From NCBI RefSeq assembly GCF_018977255.1, contig NW_024704743.1, positions 82,400,001 to 82,464,000 of the forward strand: a stretch of 64,000 bases of DNA, read 5' to 3'. Below are positions 1 through 12,180 of the stretch, piece by piece. Below the pieces are notes generated by a model, which was not told the DNA's origin, made no database searches, and saw only the letters and a list, made by a program, of their open reading frames with translations. A program made the position numbers and the translations under genes. This stretch comes from Callorhinchus milii. Lineage: Eukaryota. Within the stretch, counting starts at the first letter, position 1. Every line of letters begins with the position of its first letter.

Positions 1-389
1 TTGTTATTGTTGGGATTTCTGTTTTTATATCATATTTTTAAGGTTCACTTTAAGATGTCTAATTGTTTTAATTGGTCACAGGCTACTTAGTTCACAGCTG
101 AGCTGATTACATGAAAATAAGATTTGAGCTTCTTTTCCTGGACAATTCTGTCAACATGACCAAAAAATGCAGTCGTGTCACAATATGAGGAGACTTGCCC
201 AGAGTTGGATTAGTTCACTGGACTGTAACAACACAAACAGCTCATTACTGAAATTGAACTCCATTGTAAACCTTATCCCATCTGAGCTCGGCCCTAACTG
301 AGCTCACTCTTGCTTACAGGTGAGAACTGTTTAATTATGAATGTTTTGGAATGGGGTCAGAGAGAGGCACATGCTGGAGTTTTTAATGT

Positions 390-750
390 GGAGTCGTGTA
401 GAGTATTGGTTAGAGCACTCACCTTGCAAGAGAGAGGACCCGGGTTCGATTCCTGGACAGGGTGAAAAATTAGGCAAGTTTCCTTACTCCACACACCTAC
501 CAGTAAGTAGGAACCTGATTGTTAGTCAATTGGTGAATCGCTTTTCCAGGTGCAATAATCCCTTTTTAAAAAAATGTGTCACTCAATCCACGACTGTTTG
601 TGGAACGCTGCTGTACGCAATTGGCTGCCACATTTCGCCCACAAAATATACAATAAATTCATTTTATAGTACATTCTGTGAAGCGCTTTGAGATGTCTTG
701 AAAATGATAAAAGGCGCTTTATCAAATGCAAGGATTTTTATTATGTTATT
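390..750 (+). mobile_element. tRNA-derived SINE, long form
   Basis: Same head and tail, plus the internal CAGTAAGTAGGAACC...CGCTTTTCC segment. Confidence 0.85.
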
Positions 751-1894
751 GTAATGTTGATGTGTTTATCTATCGTACTACAATTTGTAGGCTTTTTGGA
801 GGTGCTGACCTTCAGATAGCATATTAAGCCAAATTCCTGTCTGACTGCTCAATTGTTCGTTAAGATCCCATAACATTATTCTACAAGAGAAGGAATTGTT
901 TTCCAGTATCTTGGCCAACATTCCCGCAGATAAAAATGGTCATTCATTTTATGCATATTCGTGAAACACTGCTCTGTGGAAATACGTCTACAAAATACAC
1001 AGAAACTACAATTTACAGTGTATCTTGTGAAGTGTTTTGAGGTGTCCTCCCAATGTGAAAAATAATAGTAAGTCTAGCAAGCTCAAAGGTGTGAGAAAGT
1101 AAAACAGGAATAGAGGTGGAACAGGATTGAGTTGATGTTTCCAATTCTAATTCTAGGTGTGAAAAAAGCAACATAAATCATACAATGGAATTATCCCTAC
1201 AGAGAGCTAGATTCCTTCAGATCCTTCAATGGTATGATTCCTTTAGATTCGCTGCATACAATTAAGACAATAGAATAGAAAACAGGATTTTTAAAGGGAA
1301 CAACACCACTTTATGTGATTTCCAGCACGTCCATTTATTTTTCTGTTACCAGGTAAAGCTTTAAAGCACGGTTATGGGATTCCTTAGGTGTCCCAGTAAA
1401 GGGGAAATTAGCCAAATGGCTGAAGCAGGGAGTGGGCAATAATAATAAAAATAACAAAAAAGCGTTCTTTTAAAAAAAACTTTGTTTAACATTTTTTTAG
1501 AAGATTATCAGCAAATAAATCTCAATTTGGGGACTGAAATCATGTAGCACTAAGAGTGGGTTTGATTTTTTCTTTCTATCTTCCCTTTGCTATTTGTGAA
1601 ATCTTCCCTAGCACTGTTCTCTATGCATTATATGGAGTCTTCACTTTCTCCTTCTGTTCCTTGCCATCTCCAGGGTCTCTCCTTTGATATTTTTATTTTC
1701 CATTGCTGAGCATCGCTAAGCACTGTACATCCAGCACTCAGCTCCCAAGCACTATAAAAATTGGAGAATATTTCAAATTTCAGTGTAGTGTATGGCAATT
1801 TCTAAAGGAATTCCTAAATAAGCAAAGTGAAAATACATCACTCCAAATCACTGAAACTCTGCTCTATTGCAAATTACTTTTGGAGGGGAGTTGA

Positions 1895-2312
1895 ATAGTA
1901 ATTCTTGCATTTGATATAGCACCTCATTACATTGACAAGACAACTTTTGCTTCAAAATAATTATTATAATGTTTAGTGACTTTGTACCTTGTAGATGAAT
2001 GCAGTAGTCAATTTGTACACAGCAATTTCCCACAAGTGGCTCTGATGTGAACAGTAAATATTAGCCGGGGGATTGTTGGCCAAGGAACCGGAAGAAACTC
2101 AGTTCTCTTTTTGAGTAGTGCCTTGGGATCTTTAACGTTCACCTGAACAGGTAGGCCTGACGTCGGTTTAACATGTCATCTGAAGGATGGCACCTCTCAC
2201 AATGCAGAACACCCCCAGCATTATATTGGAGTGTCAGGGTAGACTAGGAGATCAAAGTATTGGCATGGGACTTGATTTCTCAGAGACGAGATGCTACCAA
2301 CTGAGCCAGGCA
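1895..2312 (-). mobile_element. Older Deu-domain SINE
   Basis: Reverse complement of ...GAGGTGCCATCCTTCAGATGACATGTTAAACC...CAGGTGAACGTTAAAGATCCC..., the Deu core, plus a tRNA-like head. Confidence 0.7.
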
Positions 2313-2330
2313 CCTTGGGTCTAGTATCTA

Positions 2331-2652
2331 GTCCTGTAGCTCAGTGGTTAGAGCACTCGCTTTGCAAGCGAGAAACCTGAGTTCAATCCCAGGCAGAGGG
2401 CGAAACCTTGGGCAAGTTTCCTTACTCCACACAGAGCCTAATAATAATCCCTCCAAAAAAACAAAAACAAAAATAAATTGGTCACTTTCAATCCATGACT
2501 GTTTGTGGGACATTGCTGTGCGCAATTGGCTGCCGCGTTCGCCCACAAATATACAGTCAATTCACTTTACAGTCTATTCTGTGAAGCGCTTTGGGACGTC
2601 CTCCCGATGTGAAAAGCGCTATATCAAATGCAAGGATTATTATTATTATTAT
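2331..2652 (+). mobile_element. tRNA(Ala)-derived SINE, short form, full length
   Basis: A box TAGCTCAGTGG; anticodon arm CTCGC-TTTGCAA-GCGAG; B box GAGTTCAATCC; Deu-like body; L2-like stem-loop; (TTA)n tail. Confidence 0.92.
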
Positions 2653-2694
2653 CTGCTGTAAAATGTAAATTAGATTGGAGTAAAAAACACTTGT

Positions 2695-3015
2695 GGAGTC
2701 CTGTAGCTCAGTGGTTAGAGCACTCGCTTTGCAAGCGAGAGACCTGAGTTCAATTCCAGACAGTGCGAATCCTTGGGCAAGTTTCCTTACTCCACACACC
2801 TAATGATAATCCCTCCAAAAAACCAAAACCAATAATAAATTGGTCATTTTCAATCTACGACTGTTTGTGGGACATTGCTGTGCGCAATTGGCTGCCGCGT
2901 TCGCCCACAAATATACAGTCAATTCACTTTACAGTGTGTTCTGTGAAGCGCTTTGGGACGTCCTCCCGACGTGAAAAGCGCTATATCAAATGCAAGGATT
3001 ATTATTATTATTATT
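2695..3015 (+). mobile_element. tRNA(Ala)-derived SINE, short form, second tandem copy
   Basis: Near-identical to 2331-2652 and about 42 nt downstream of it. Confidence 0.92.
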
Positions 3016-4091
3016 GAAAAAGGACATGTCTCTCATGCGAAAGGAGCTCCATACTTTCAAGCTGTACATGGAAACAATGGGATTTCATTGTTCCTGTAAG
3101 GAGGATTGCTGGGTGGGGGGCGTGGGGTTCGGGGGGGAGATTTTATAAAACGATTGCCATTCCTCATTGATGTTTTCCATTCGTTAGCCCAAGGGTGGTG
3201 AAGCCAATTGTAATGCTCAAATTGATGCACTGAGATCAGCTAACTCAGTACCGACATGCTGGTGTGTGTATGGTATGTGTATGGCTCAAAGCCACAGCCT
3301 TTACCTGCTTGGCCAGAGGAGCAGCCTGAGAAAACTAAGCTGAACAGAGCCACAACTTTTACTTTACGCTCTGGATTTCCTGTGGTTTTCCAAAAGCAAA
3401 TGTGAGCATCTAAAAGAGGAAGTGTCAAAATCACTCCCTCTTCATTCAAACAAGACAAAAGATGACGGAAAAGGACCTGAGTTTGATTCCTGGGCAAGGC
3501 GAAACTTTAGGCACATTTCCTTACTCCACACGCCTCTGTTTGCTTAGCAGTAAGTAGGAACACGTTTGTTACTTTTTGGGGATAATAATCCCATCCATTC
3601 TATTCCCCTCTCCTACAGACCTCTATTCCCTTCTCTCTGGCATGTGCATCAAGTTTCCTCTTAAATACATTGATGCTTTAACTACAGCTTCTCGCAGTAA
3701 GTTCTACATTCTCACCAACCTCTGCATGAAATTCCTCCTAAACTCCCTACTAGTTTAGCAGGAACCTGCACAGACGTACATTCCACCTCACTGACAGCTA
3801 ATGTGTCAGTATGAGGCAGATATAAAGCCTGAGCAGACATTAATAAGTGTTAACAGCTTGGTATTGAATTCAACATAAAACAATATATTATGTACTTTAT
3901 GCCCAAAGCCATGCATACTTATGCAAGTCATATGTTCCTGTCAATTCACACATGTGTCATTTTCACAGATAACGTGATAATCAGTTTTGAAGTGCTGGCA
4001 TTAAATTAAGCGATTCAACTAAGTGTGTAAAGTGTGAGTCAAGCAAAAACATATATGGACATTGACAATAAATAAACATGATAGGAGATAA

Positions 4092-6022
4092 AAGCAACAA
4101 CAACAGATTACGCTCGTATAGCGCTCTTCACATTGGAAAGACGTCCCAGGGTGCTGGATAATTTGGCGTTTTGGACTCAAGCTGAGAGTTGAGGTCAGGA
4201 GATGTGAAGGGCAGATGGGTGGAGTTGGGAGGGTGGCCGAAGGCACAGTCTAAGAGTGCCAGTCTTCAGATGGCACTTGAAGGAGGTAAGAGAGGGGGTG
4301 AGCCAGAGGGATTGTACGATAGAGTTCCTGAGTGTGGGAGCTGAGATGCTCAATGCCCGACCACCAATGGTGGGGCAGAAAGTGCGGGGGACCTGGCCAG
4401 ACTGGTGTCCGGCAAGCGGAGAGGCTGATATGGGGATAGGAGGTCATAGAGGTTGGGGGCGGAGCAAGTCCATGGAGCGCGTTGAAGGTGGAGAACAAGG
4501 GTTTTGAACTTGATTCACTGAGCGATGGGGACCCAGTGAAGCCGGGCAAAGATGGGGGTGATGGGTTCGTGGAGCCTGGTGCAGGCAAGTACATGAACTG
4601 CAGAGTTCTGAATAATCTATAGCTTGTAGAAGGAAGAGTTGGGAAGTCCAGTGAGCAGGTAGTCAGCGTAGTCAAGTTAGGACATGATGAAAGCAGAGTT
4701 AAGGATCTCAGCCATGCGAGGTAATGGTGGAGGTGGGCAATGTTGCAGAGGTGGGGAAAGGTGGATCAGGTCACCACACAAATGTGGGGTTTAAAGGATA
4801 GCTGAGGGTCGAACAGGGCACCAAAGTTCCATATTAGCTCAGTGAAGTGTAGAGTGCAACCATGAATAGTGAAATTGTTAGTGCCTGAGGTGAGGAGGGC
4901 TCTGTCTTGCCAACATTGAGCTGGAGGAAGTTGGTTCCCGTCCAGGACGATGTCAGACAGACAATTTACCAGGACAGCAATGGCCCTGGAGTCGAGGGTG
5001 GAGCTGGTGAGATAGAATTAAGTGTTATCAGCATTCATGTGGAAATTGAACCCATGCCTGTGGATGATATCACTGAGCGAGAGCATTTATATGTTGAAGA
5101 GGAAAGGATCAAGGACAGAGCCCTGAGAGATGACACATGTGACAGTGCGGAGGTTAGAGGATGAGCTGTTAATGGACACAAAATGCAGACAATGGGAAAC
5201 ATTAAGATTGGAACCAGGCCAGAACAGAACCATTGAGTTGGAGGTGAGAGGAGAGGCGGTGCAGAAGAATAGAGTGGTCAACAATATCGAAAGCAGTCGA
5301 GAAGGATGAGGAGACAGAGAGAGCCCTGGTCGCAGGTGGACAGAATGTCATTTGTCACCTTAACCTGCTGTGAGCAGCATGAAACCAAGATTGGAAGAGT
5401 TCATGGAGGGAATGCTGGGAGAGGAAAGAGCGAAGTTGGGAAGCAATGACTCATTCCATGTCCTTGGAAAGAATAGGATGGTTTGAAATGGGGCGGTAGT
5501 TAGAAAGCGGAGATGGGTCAAGGGAAGGTGTTTGAGGCTTCCTTTAGGGGGATGGTTATGGTGCTAGTTGGCAGGGAGAGGTTAACAAGGTCTGTTAGTA
5601 GGAGGGCAAGGAGGGGGAGTTGGGAGGTCAGGAGAGGGGGAGGGATAGCATCAAGGGAGCAGGTGGGGGGTTTCACACCGGAAATGATGGAAGTGAGCGA
5701 AGAGGGGGAGATAGGGTTAAAAATGTGCAGGAAGGAATGGTGGGGCTGGAAGAGGAGTGGGAGATGGGGACGGGGTGGCGGTAGAGGGGCTAGAGGTGGC
5801 AGAGCAGATCCCCCCGACTTTGGACTCGAGAAAAGCCATCATTTAGGGTCGGAGGAGAGGATGGCAGAGGCATGGGAGGGTGGACAGAGGAGTTAGTTAA
5901 TGGTAGAAAAGAGGAGTCTGGGTTTGTCCTTAGCTTCCAAGATGATTTGGGAACAAAAGGATGACTTAGCTGAGGTGAGGGCTGAGTGGTAGGTTTTGGT
6001 GCAGTCCTGCCAACTCTGATGC
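4092..6022 (-). mobile_element. Old L2 LINE fragment
   Basis: Decayed RT (ISQGSVLDPFLF) and C-terminal homology to the 29-32 kb L2; (TTG)n tail at about 4095. Confidence 0.85.
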
Positions 6023-6615
6023 TTCATTAAAGCAGGGACTCAAAATCACGGACAGCCTTTCAGACAAGCTTCAGACATTCAAATGTTATTTGCTAATTTA
6101 CTACAAGCCCTACCACTTTGCTGCAGGGCCCCAAATCAGAACCTGAATTTATATAGTCTTTAGATAACACTCCAATGTGATGCTGGTGGTGTATTGCATT
6201 GTTGGAGGTATCGTCCTTCAGATAAGATATTAAACCAAGGTCCCATCTACCTGATCAGGTGGACATTAAAGATCCCATGACACTATTCTTAATGGGTCAG
6301 CCTAGTTAATTGGTAGTGCATTTCCGCAATTACTGTTCCGTTCCACTGACATTTTCTCACATCTTTTAGGACCGTTCCTTCCAATGGGAGGTTAGACAGT
6401 CAGTGTTCGCAAGAGTCACAGCCAAGCGTGATCTTGTCCGAACTCTTAACCAGGAAGTGGAATCAGTGACAGCCATGAGAAGATCACCTGGAGCTCTTCT
6501 GCAGCAAAAAAATAAGATTCTTTTGAATAGGAATTAATTAGATGCTTGAAAAAGAAGAATGTTAAAGAATATGGAGAGCGAGTAGGAGAGTGGGGTTAGA
6601 CTTGGTGGCTTGTGT

Positions 6616-6893
6616 GAGAGACCTGAGTTCAATTCCAGGCAGGGCGAAACCTTGGGCAAGTTTCCTTACTCCACACGCCTAATAATAATCCCTCCAAAAA
6701 CCAAAAATAATAATTAAATTGGTCATTTTCAATCTACGACTGTTTGTGGGACATTGCTGTGCGCAATTGGCTGCCGCGTTCGCCCACAAATATACAGTCA
6801 ATTCACGTTACAGTATATTCTGTGAAGCGCTTTGGGACGTCCTCCCGACGTGAAAAGCGCTATATCAAATGCAAGGATTAATATTATTATTAT
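6616..6893 (+). mobile_element. SINE short form, 5'-truncated, just upstream of FAM83A
   Basis: Near-identical to 2738-3015. Confidence 0.9.
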
Positions 6894-7022
6894 AAAGACT
6901 AAGGGAGACTTGATGGACCAAAATAACCTATTTCTGGGCTGTAACTTCCTATGATTGTATAAGTCACACATTTTGAAAACCCCAAAACATTTACTTATGA
7001 AACCAGATGCTGTTTTGATTGA

Positions 7023-7029
7023 TATAAAA
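7023..7029 (+). promoter_or_regulatory. Candidate TATA box for FAM83A
   Basis: TATAAAA about 200 nt upstream of the ATG, in non-repeat sequence. Motif only; no TSS evidence. Confidence 0.3.
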
Positions 7030-7220
7030 TGACACTTGCTGCGAGAAATGCTTACCTCCCATTCTGTATTTGCCTGAAGGTAGGGCAGTACCTTCCCAAC
7101 TGCACCCTGGAGCCCCCAGGGCTGATCTGCCTGTACTAAAGCAGCTCTGAGCACAGCTCAGCACTGAGATGCAGGAGCAAGATTACCTGGAGCCATCTTT
7201 AGCAAGAATTCGGGACGAAG

Positions 7221-7730
7221 ATGCACAAATATGTAAAAACAGACTGGTATTGGCAAAAGAACGTTGGGAAAATCAAGAGACGGCTGGAAGATATCAAAAA
7301 CCAGTGGGCAGCTGCACTGGGGTTGGACCTGAGTCACAGTGAAAGCGCAAGACTGGCTACAGATGCTCTGCTGGATAGTGGGGCTGAGGCTTACCACAAC
7401 GTGCTGACTGAGGAGGGTGAGGTGGACTTTCTGTCTCCTTTAGAGATCCAGTACATCATCAGGAACTCCAAGGATGGTCAGCAGCTGGAGGAGACTAACA
7501 AGGAAGAAGCACAAAAGCAGCTTGAGGTGACAGATCTCTCCTCCAACCTGTCTGCCACCTACTTGCCAATGGTCTCGGAGAGCCATGGCCCCATGCTAGA
7601 ACAAGGCTGGCCAATGTCTGATAAAAGGTACTACCTGAAGGGACCCTCAAACATCAATGTTTTCTTTCAGACTGAAAAATCCCACAACATCAAAGATATT
7701 ATACGCCTGTACATCAGCCAGGCAACCGAG
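7221..7730 (+). CDS. FAM83A: FAM83A coding exon 1 (N-terminal part of DUF1669), 510 nt, ends phase 0
   Basis: Translation GKIKRRLEDIKNQW...ESARLATDALLDSGAEAYHNVLTEEGEVDFLS matches the FAM83A N-terminus as I recall it (human GKIRKRLEDVKSQW...ESARLATDALLDGGSEAY). Donor GAG|GTAAAT at 7731. Confidence 0.93.
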
Positions 7731-7804
7731 GTAAATGTGTTTCTCTAAAGTAATCCTCTGTGCGGGAATGTGCAATCAGATTAGGAGGCATTGAATAACT
7801 ATTT

Positions 7805-8435
7805 CCGCAACGTCACCCGGCTCCGATACTATCTCACACCGCAGGCCGCCGAAACCCTCATACACGCCTTCATTACATCGAGGCTCAACTAGGCAAACTC
7901 ACTGCTTGTTGGCCTCCCCAACGCCTCCCTCCACAGGCTGCAGATCATCCAGAACTCTGCAGCCCGTGTCCTCTCCTGCACCAGGCTCCGTGACCCTATC
8001 ACCCCCATCCTTGCCCAACTCCACTGGCTTCCCATCACAGAGGATACATTTCAAGATCCTGTCCTCACCTTCAAAGCCCTCCATGGTCTTGCTCCCCCCT
8101 ACCTCTGCGACCTCCTAACCCCCTACCATCCTGTTCACTCCCTCCGCTCAGCGGGCTCTGGCCTGCTTCACGTCCCCTTGCTCGCCCTACTATCAGCGGG
8201 CGGACCTTCCGCCACTCTGCACCACCCTCTGGAACTCCATCCCGCAGTTCCACCATCTCGGCCCTTCCCTCGCCACCTTCAAGACCCACCTCAAGACCCT
8301 CCGTGCTTCCCTCTGCGCCCCCCCACCCCTCCCCCACCCCGACCCTCAGCTCAGGTCCGAAATTCCCATCTGTCCAACACCTTGGGTCATCCTCCCACGT
8401 GAAAGGAGCTATATAAATGTCATTTTGTTGTTGTT
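7805..8435 (+). mobile_element. L2 3' fragment in FAM83A intron 1
   Basis: [13 protein letters not shown]...[12 protein letters not shown]...LHWLP-type sequence; stem-loop and (TTG)n tail. Confidence 0.88.
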
Positions 8436-8824
8436 GTGTCTGCTGGAGTGAGTGCTCACTCTTTCATTCTCCTCTCTCCTCTGTTTCTGGGAATATAAGG
8501 TGTACACTTAAAAGAAGCAGCAAATTATGGGTACTTAGAGAGATCGTAAGCCCGAATGCAATGAATAAACGATGCATGTAGATCAAATATCAGACGGGAA
8601 GTTCTAGTAAATGTATAAGCGGCACATTAAACACAGAGATTTATTCATATTTTGAAATCACTAGAGGTATGTTTTTTTAAGAAAATAAATAACACGCACA
8701 GCTGGTTTTATCAGGATTCCACCCACCTTAATCTTAGGATGAGGTCCTTATTACAATCAATGTTTTCCCAGCCTGTCCTGGAGGCGCTGACTCAGGCTAA
8801 AATAGTTCCACAGGTTTCTTAATA

Positions 8825-9240
8825 ATATTAATAATAATCCTTACATTTCATATCGAGGACGTCTTGAAGCACTTTAAAGAATATGCTATAGAGTGACTGT
8901 ATTTTGTGGTTGAACCAGCGCACAGCAATACCAATAATTCACAAACAGCCATGAAGTAAGTGACCAATTTTATTTGGGAGATCGCTGGCCGGAACACCAG
9001 GAGAAACTTTCTTTTCAAATAGTGCTACAAGATCTTTAACAGCCACCTGAACAGGCAGACAGGACCTCAGTATAATGTCTTATCCAAAAGATGGCACATC
9101 CAACAATGGAGCATTGCAGCACCCTAAGCACTGCATTGATGTGTCCACGTGGACAATATGGGTTCAAAGTCCCACCCTGGGGGCTTGAACCTACTATCTA
9201 TCTTCTGACTCAGAGGCGAGGGTGCCACTAACTGAGTGGC
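8825..9240 (-). mobile_element. Older Deu-domain SINE (FAM83A intron 1)
   Basis: Same core, head and tail as 63065-63455. Further decayed copies lie at about 790-1070, 6100-6290, 10250-10545, 11200-11530, 15690-16010, 18545-18790 and 59340-59680. Confidence 0.72.
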
Positions 9241-9429
9241 ACAGGGTGACACACAATTGATCATTCTTCATGTATAAGCCCTTGCAGGGAGCGTCAGCGA
9301 GGTACATGATCATAGAGGCATTGAAGCAGTGAGTTACACAAATAGGAGCACAGTTACTGAGGACTCAGCCTCCAGATGTAAAAGGTGCAATATCAAATTC
9401 AAAGATATTTATTATTATAATAATAAACT

Positions 9430-9680
9430 GGGCAAGTTTGGGCAAGTTTCCTTACTCCACACGCCTAATAATAATCCCTCCAAAAAAAAAAAACAACAAA
9501 AAAAAATTGGTTATTTTCAATCCATGACTGTTTGTGGGACACTGCTGTGCGCAATTGGCTGATGCATTTTGCCCACAAATATACGGTCAATTCACTTTAC
9601 AGTCTATCCTGTGAAGCGCTTTGAGATATCGAGAAGCTGTGAGAAGCGCTATATCAAATGCAAGAATTATTATATTATTA
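9430..9680 (+). mobile_element. SINE short form, 5'-truncated (FAM83A intron 1)
   Basis: GGGCAAGTTTCCTTACTCCACACGCC through to the (TTA)n tail. Confidence 0.88.
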
Positions 9681-10602
9681 TATATCATGATTATTATAAC
9701 AATTGTTTAAATTGCTGTTAGCTTCGATGTTACATGATTTAACCAAACATTTGTTTCATCAGATGTGCATGTTTGTTTCATTGCATAATGTTTAATTAGA
9801 TTGATCGGTGTAGGAAACAATCAAAAACCGGAAATGTCAACACCTGCTATGCCATTTTTAGCTGATTTGTAGTAGCTCGGAATCCTAATCTGTGCAGTTA
9901 TCCATCAGGCCAGAGGCTTGGGCCTCTATAATTTGCCTCAGCAATCACTGGGGTAAGGAGGGGGTTTCTAAGCCTTCTTTGTCTCAGTCTTTAAATCATT
10001 GCCTTAAAATTTAAGATCGGATTGAGTTTTAGAAAATTCTTAAATGCAAATATAATTTGGAAACAGTTTCCTGGATTGTTTTTTCAAAAACAGTAGGAAA
10101 CTAACTGGCAAAAGTTGAATTTACGAACTGCACAATCTTACATTTTATAACCATTAGAAATCTTAGGTCTCAGATCACTATCCAGTGTTGTTTTCTGGAA
10201 AGGGTGTAGTAGATGTTGCTTTCAGGCTAACCAAGATCAGGCTTAACAGTAATAATAATAATAATAATCCTTAGCGTTTGATGTTGCTCCTTTTATGTTT
10301 GGGATATATTGTGAAGCGCAGTGTCTGTATTTTTTAAGCAAACACAACAACCAATTTGTGCACAGCAATGTACCAAAAACAGCCCTGAAATGACTGACCA
10401 ATTTGATTTAGCAGATTGTTGGTCAGGAAACCAGGAGATACTCTGTTCTCTTTTCGAATACAATAGTACCATGGCATCTTTAACATCCACCTGGACAGGC
10501 AGACAAAATGTTGGTTTAACAGCTCAGCTAAAGGTTGGCACCTTAGATTTTATGACCAAATGTGAATTAAGAGCTAATGATTCTCCCCACCCGTTTCCCC
10601 AG

Positions 10603-10770
10603 TTAATAGCTATTGTGATGGACATCTTCACCGATGTTGACATCTTCTGTGATATACTCGAAGCAGCCAACAAACGAGGTGTCATAGTTTACTTGTTGTT
10701 GGACCAGAGCTCTGTAAAATATTTCAGCGAAATGTGCAAGAAACTCAAGATTGACAACAGCCACCTAAAG
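10603..10770 (+). CDS. FAM83A: FAM83A coding exon 2, 168 nt, phase 0-0
   Basis: Acceptor ttccccAG at 10601-10602 with a CTAAT branch-like site upstream. Encodes LIAIVMDIFTDVDIFCDILEAANKRGVIVYLLLDQ...SHLK. Donor AAG|GTACGT. Confidence 0.95.
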
Positions 10771-12180
10771 GTACGTTCTGTTACTGTAATAATAATAATA
10801 ATCCTTTTTCATTTGATATAGCGTCTTTCACACCTGGTCTTAAAGCCTTCACAGGATTTACTGTAAAGTGTAGACTGTAATTTTTTGTAGGCTGTTTCAT
10901 TAACCATGGGTTGAACTAGTCTACTTCAATACTACAAAATGTACAGCACATCAACAGCAAAGCTGCTGGCAATATTCTCGGGAGCTCAAACTCTAATTGG
11001 GAGCAAATAACAAAGCAAAGATTCTATCCAAGATCAATGTTGTTACTCAGAGTTTAAACTGAGCGGCCCCAAGGGTTTGGGACAAGGTTTATAAGGTTTT
11101 GTAAGGTTTGTACTTTACAGTAGTAGTATGTGGCACCTACCCTCTGGTTTCTTGGATCTCTGTTATCTTGCTTGGTCACATTGGTGTGAAGACCAGGTAC
11201 CCGTTAGATGTGTCAGCCTGTCAGGTCTTTGAGTTCACAATCCACTCTGGGGCAGTGCTGGAGGAACTCTTACTTGTCAGAGGCGCTGTCATTCAGGAGA
11301 CATTAAATCAAGGTCTGTTCAGATAGACATTAAAGATCCCAATTCATTATTTGAAAATAGAAGGAAGTTTCTTCTGGTATCCTGGCCAACAAACCTCCAC
11401 ATAAATTAAACATTCATTGTTATTTGTGGCTTTGCTTTGTGTCTACAAATACAAAGTCCTTACACTTTGGCTGGAATTACCTGTGAAGCACCTAAAGACA
11501 GTATAGGCATCATACAAAATGCAAGGATTATTACTAAAGTTATTATAATTCCCATTTAAGTAGAAAAACAAGTCCTGGCATGGGGCTCAAACCCATACTT
11601 TTCTGACCTAGAGGCAAGAGTGCTACAAACTAATGCATCAACCCCTTTAGTTATGTAGGGAAGATAACTGTAGGGGACAAAATAAAGAATGATGCTGTAC
11701 ATAATTCTGACTAAGTTAGATTAATAGAGAAGGAACCAAACTGATGATCAGGAAGTTAACAGTTGTTTGTATATTACCTGAAAACAAACTTTAAAAGTAG
11801 GAAAACATGCAAAATTCAGGGTTTATTATAATGCCTGATCACAAACTTGTAATTTGGCTAGGAAATTAGTTTAGTTTGGCTTTGGCTCTAATTCTCAGCA
11901 TAAAGCTACAAGAGGAGATTCAGTAGAGCACTACTGCAACATAGAAGTTGTACTCAAATACAAATGGAGTTGGGTTTCTTTATGTGATACCTATTTAATT
12001 AATTCCTCATGAAATCTGGCACAGTAAAAATATTAAACCCTAAAATGAACATTTAATTTGAGTTTATGAATAAAAAAGTAGGTATTATAAATCAAATTAT
12101 ATTAAATACCACAGTATTCAGCTCAACATACATGTCTCAATCTTGTTTCAGTCGTCTCTGACTCCATCTTCTCTGTAATG

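Noticed and set aside
2331..2402. tRNA-Ala(TGC)-like gene (also at 2695, 18298 and 58281)
   Set aside because: No acceptor stem forms, and each copy continues into a SINE body and tail, so these are SINE heads.
341..3017. Recurrent similar ORFs (..[22 protein letters not shown]) resembling a small gene family
   Set aside because: Chance translations of SINE copies.
10321..10602. N-terminal extension of the 166-aa ORF containing FAM83A exon 2
   Set aside because: The upstream part is an antisense Deu-SINE in intron 1. Homology starts at the AG acceptor at 10602.
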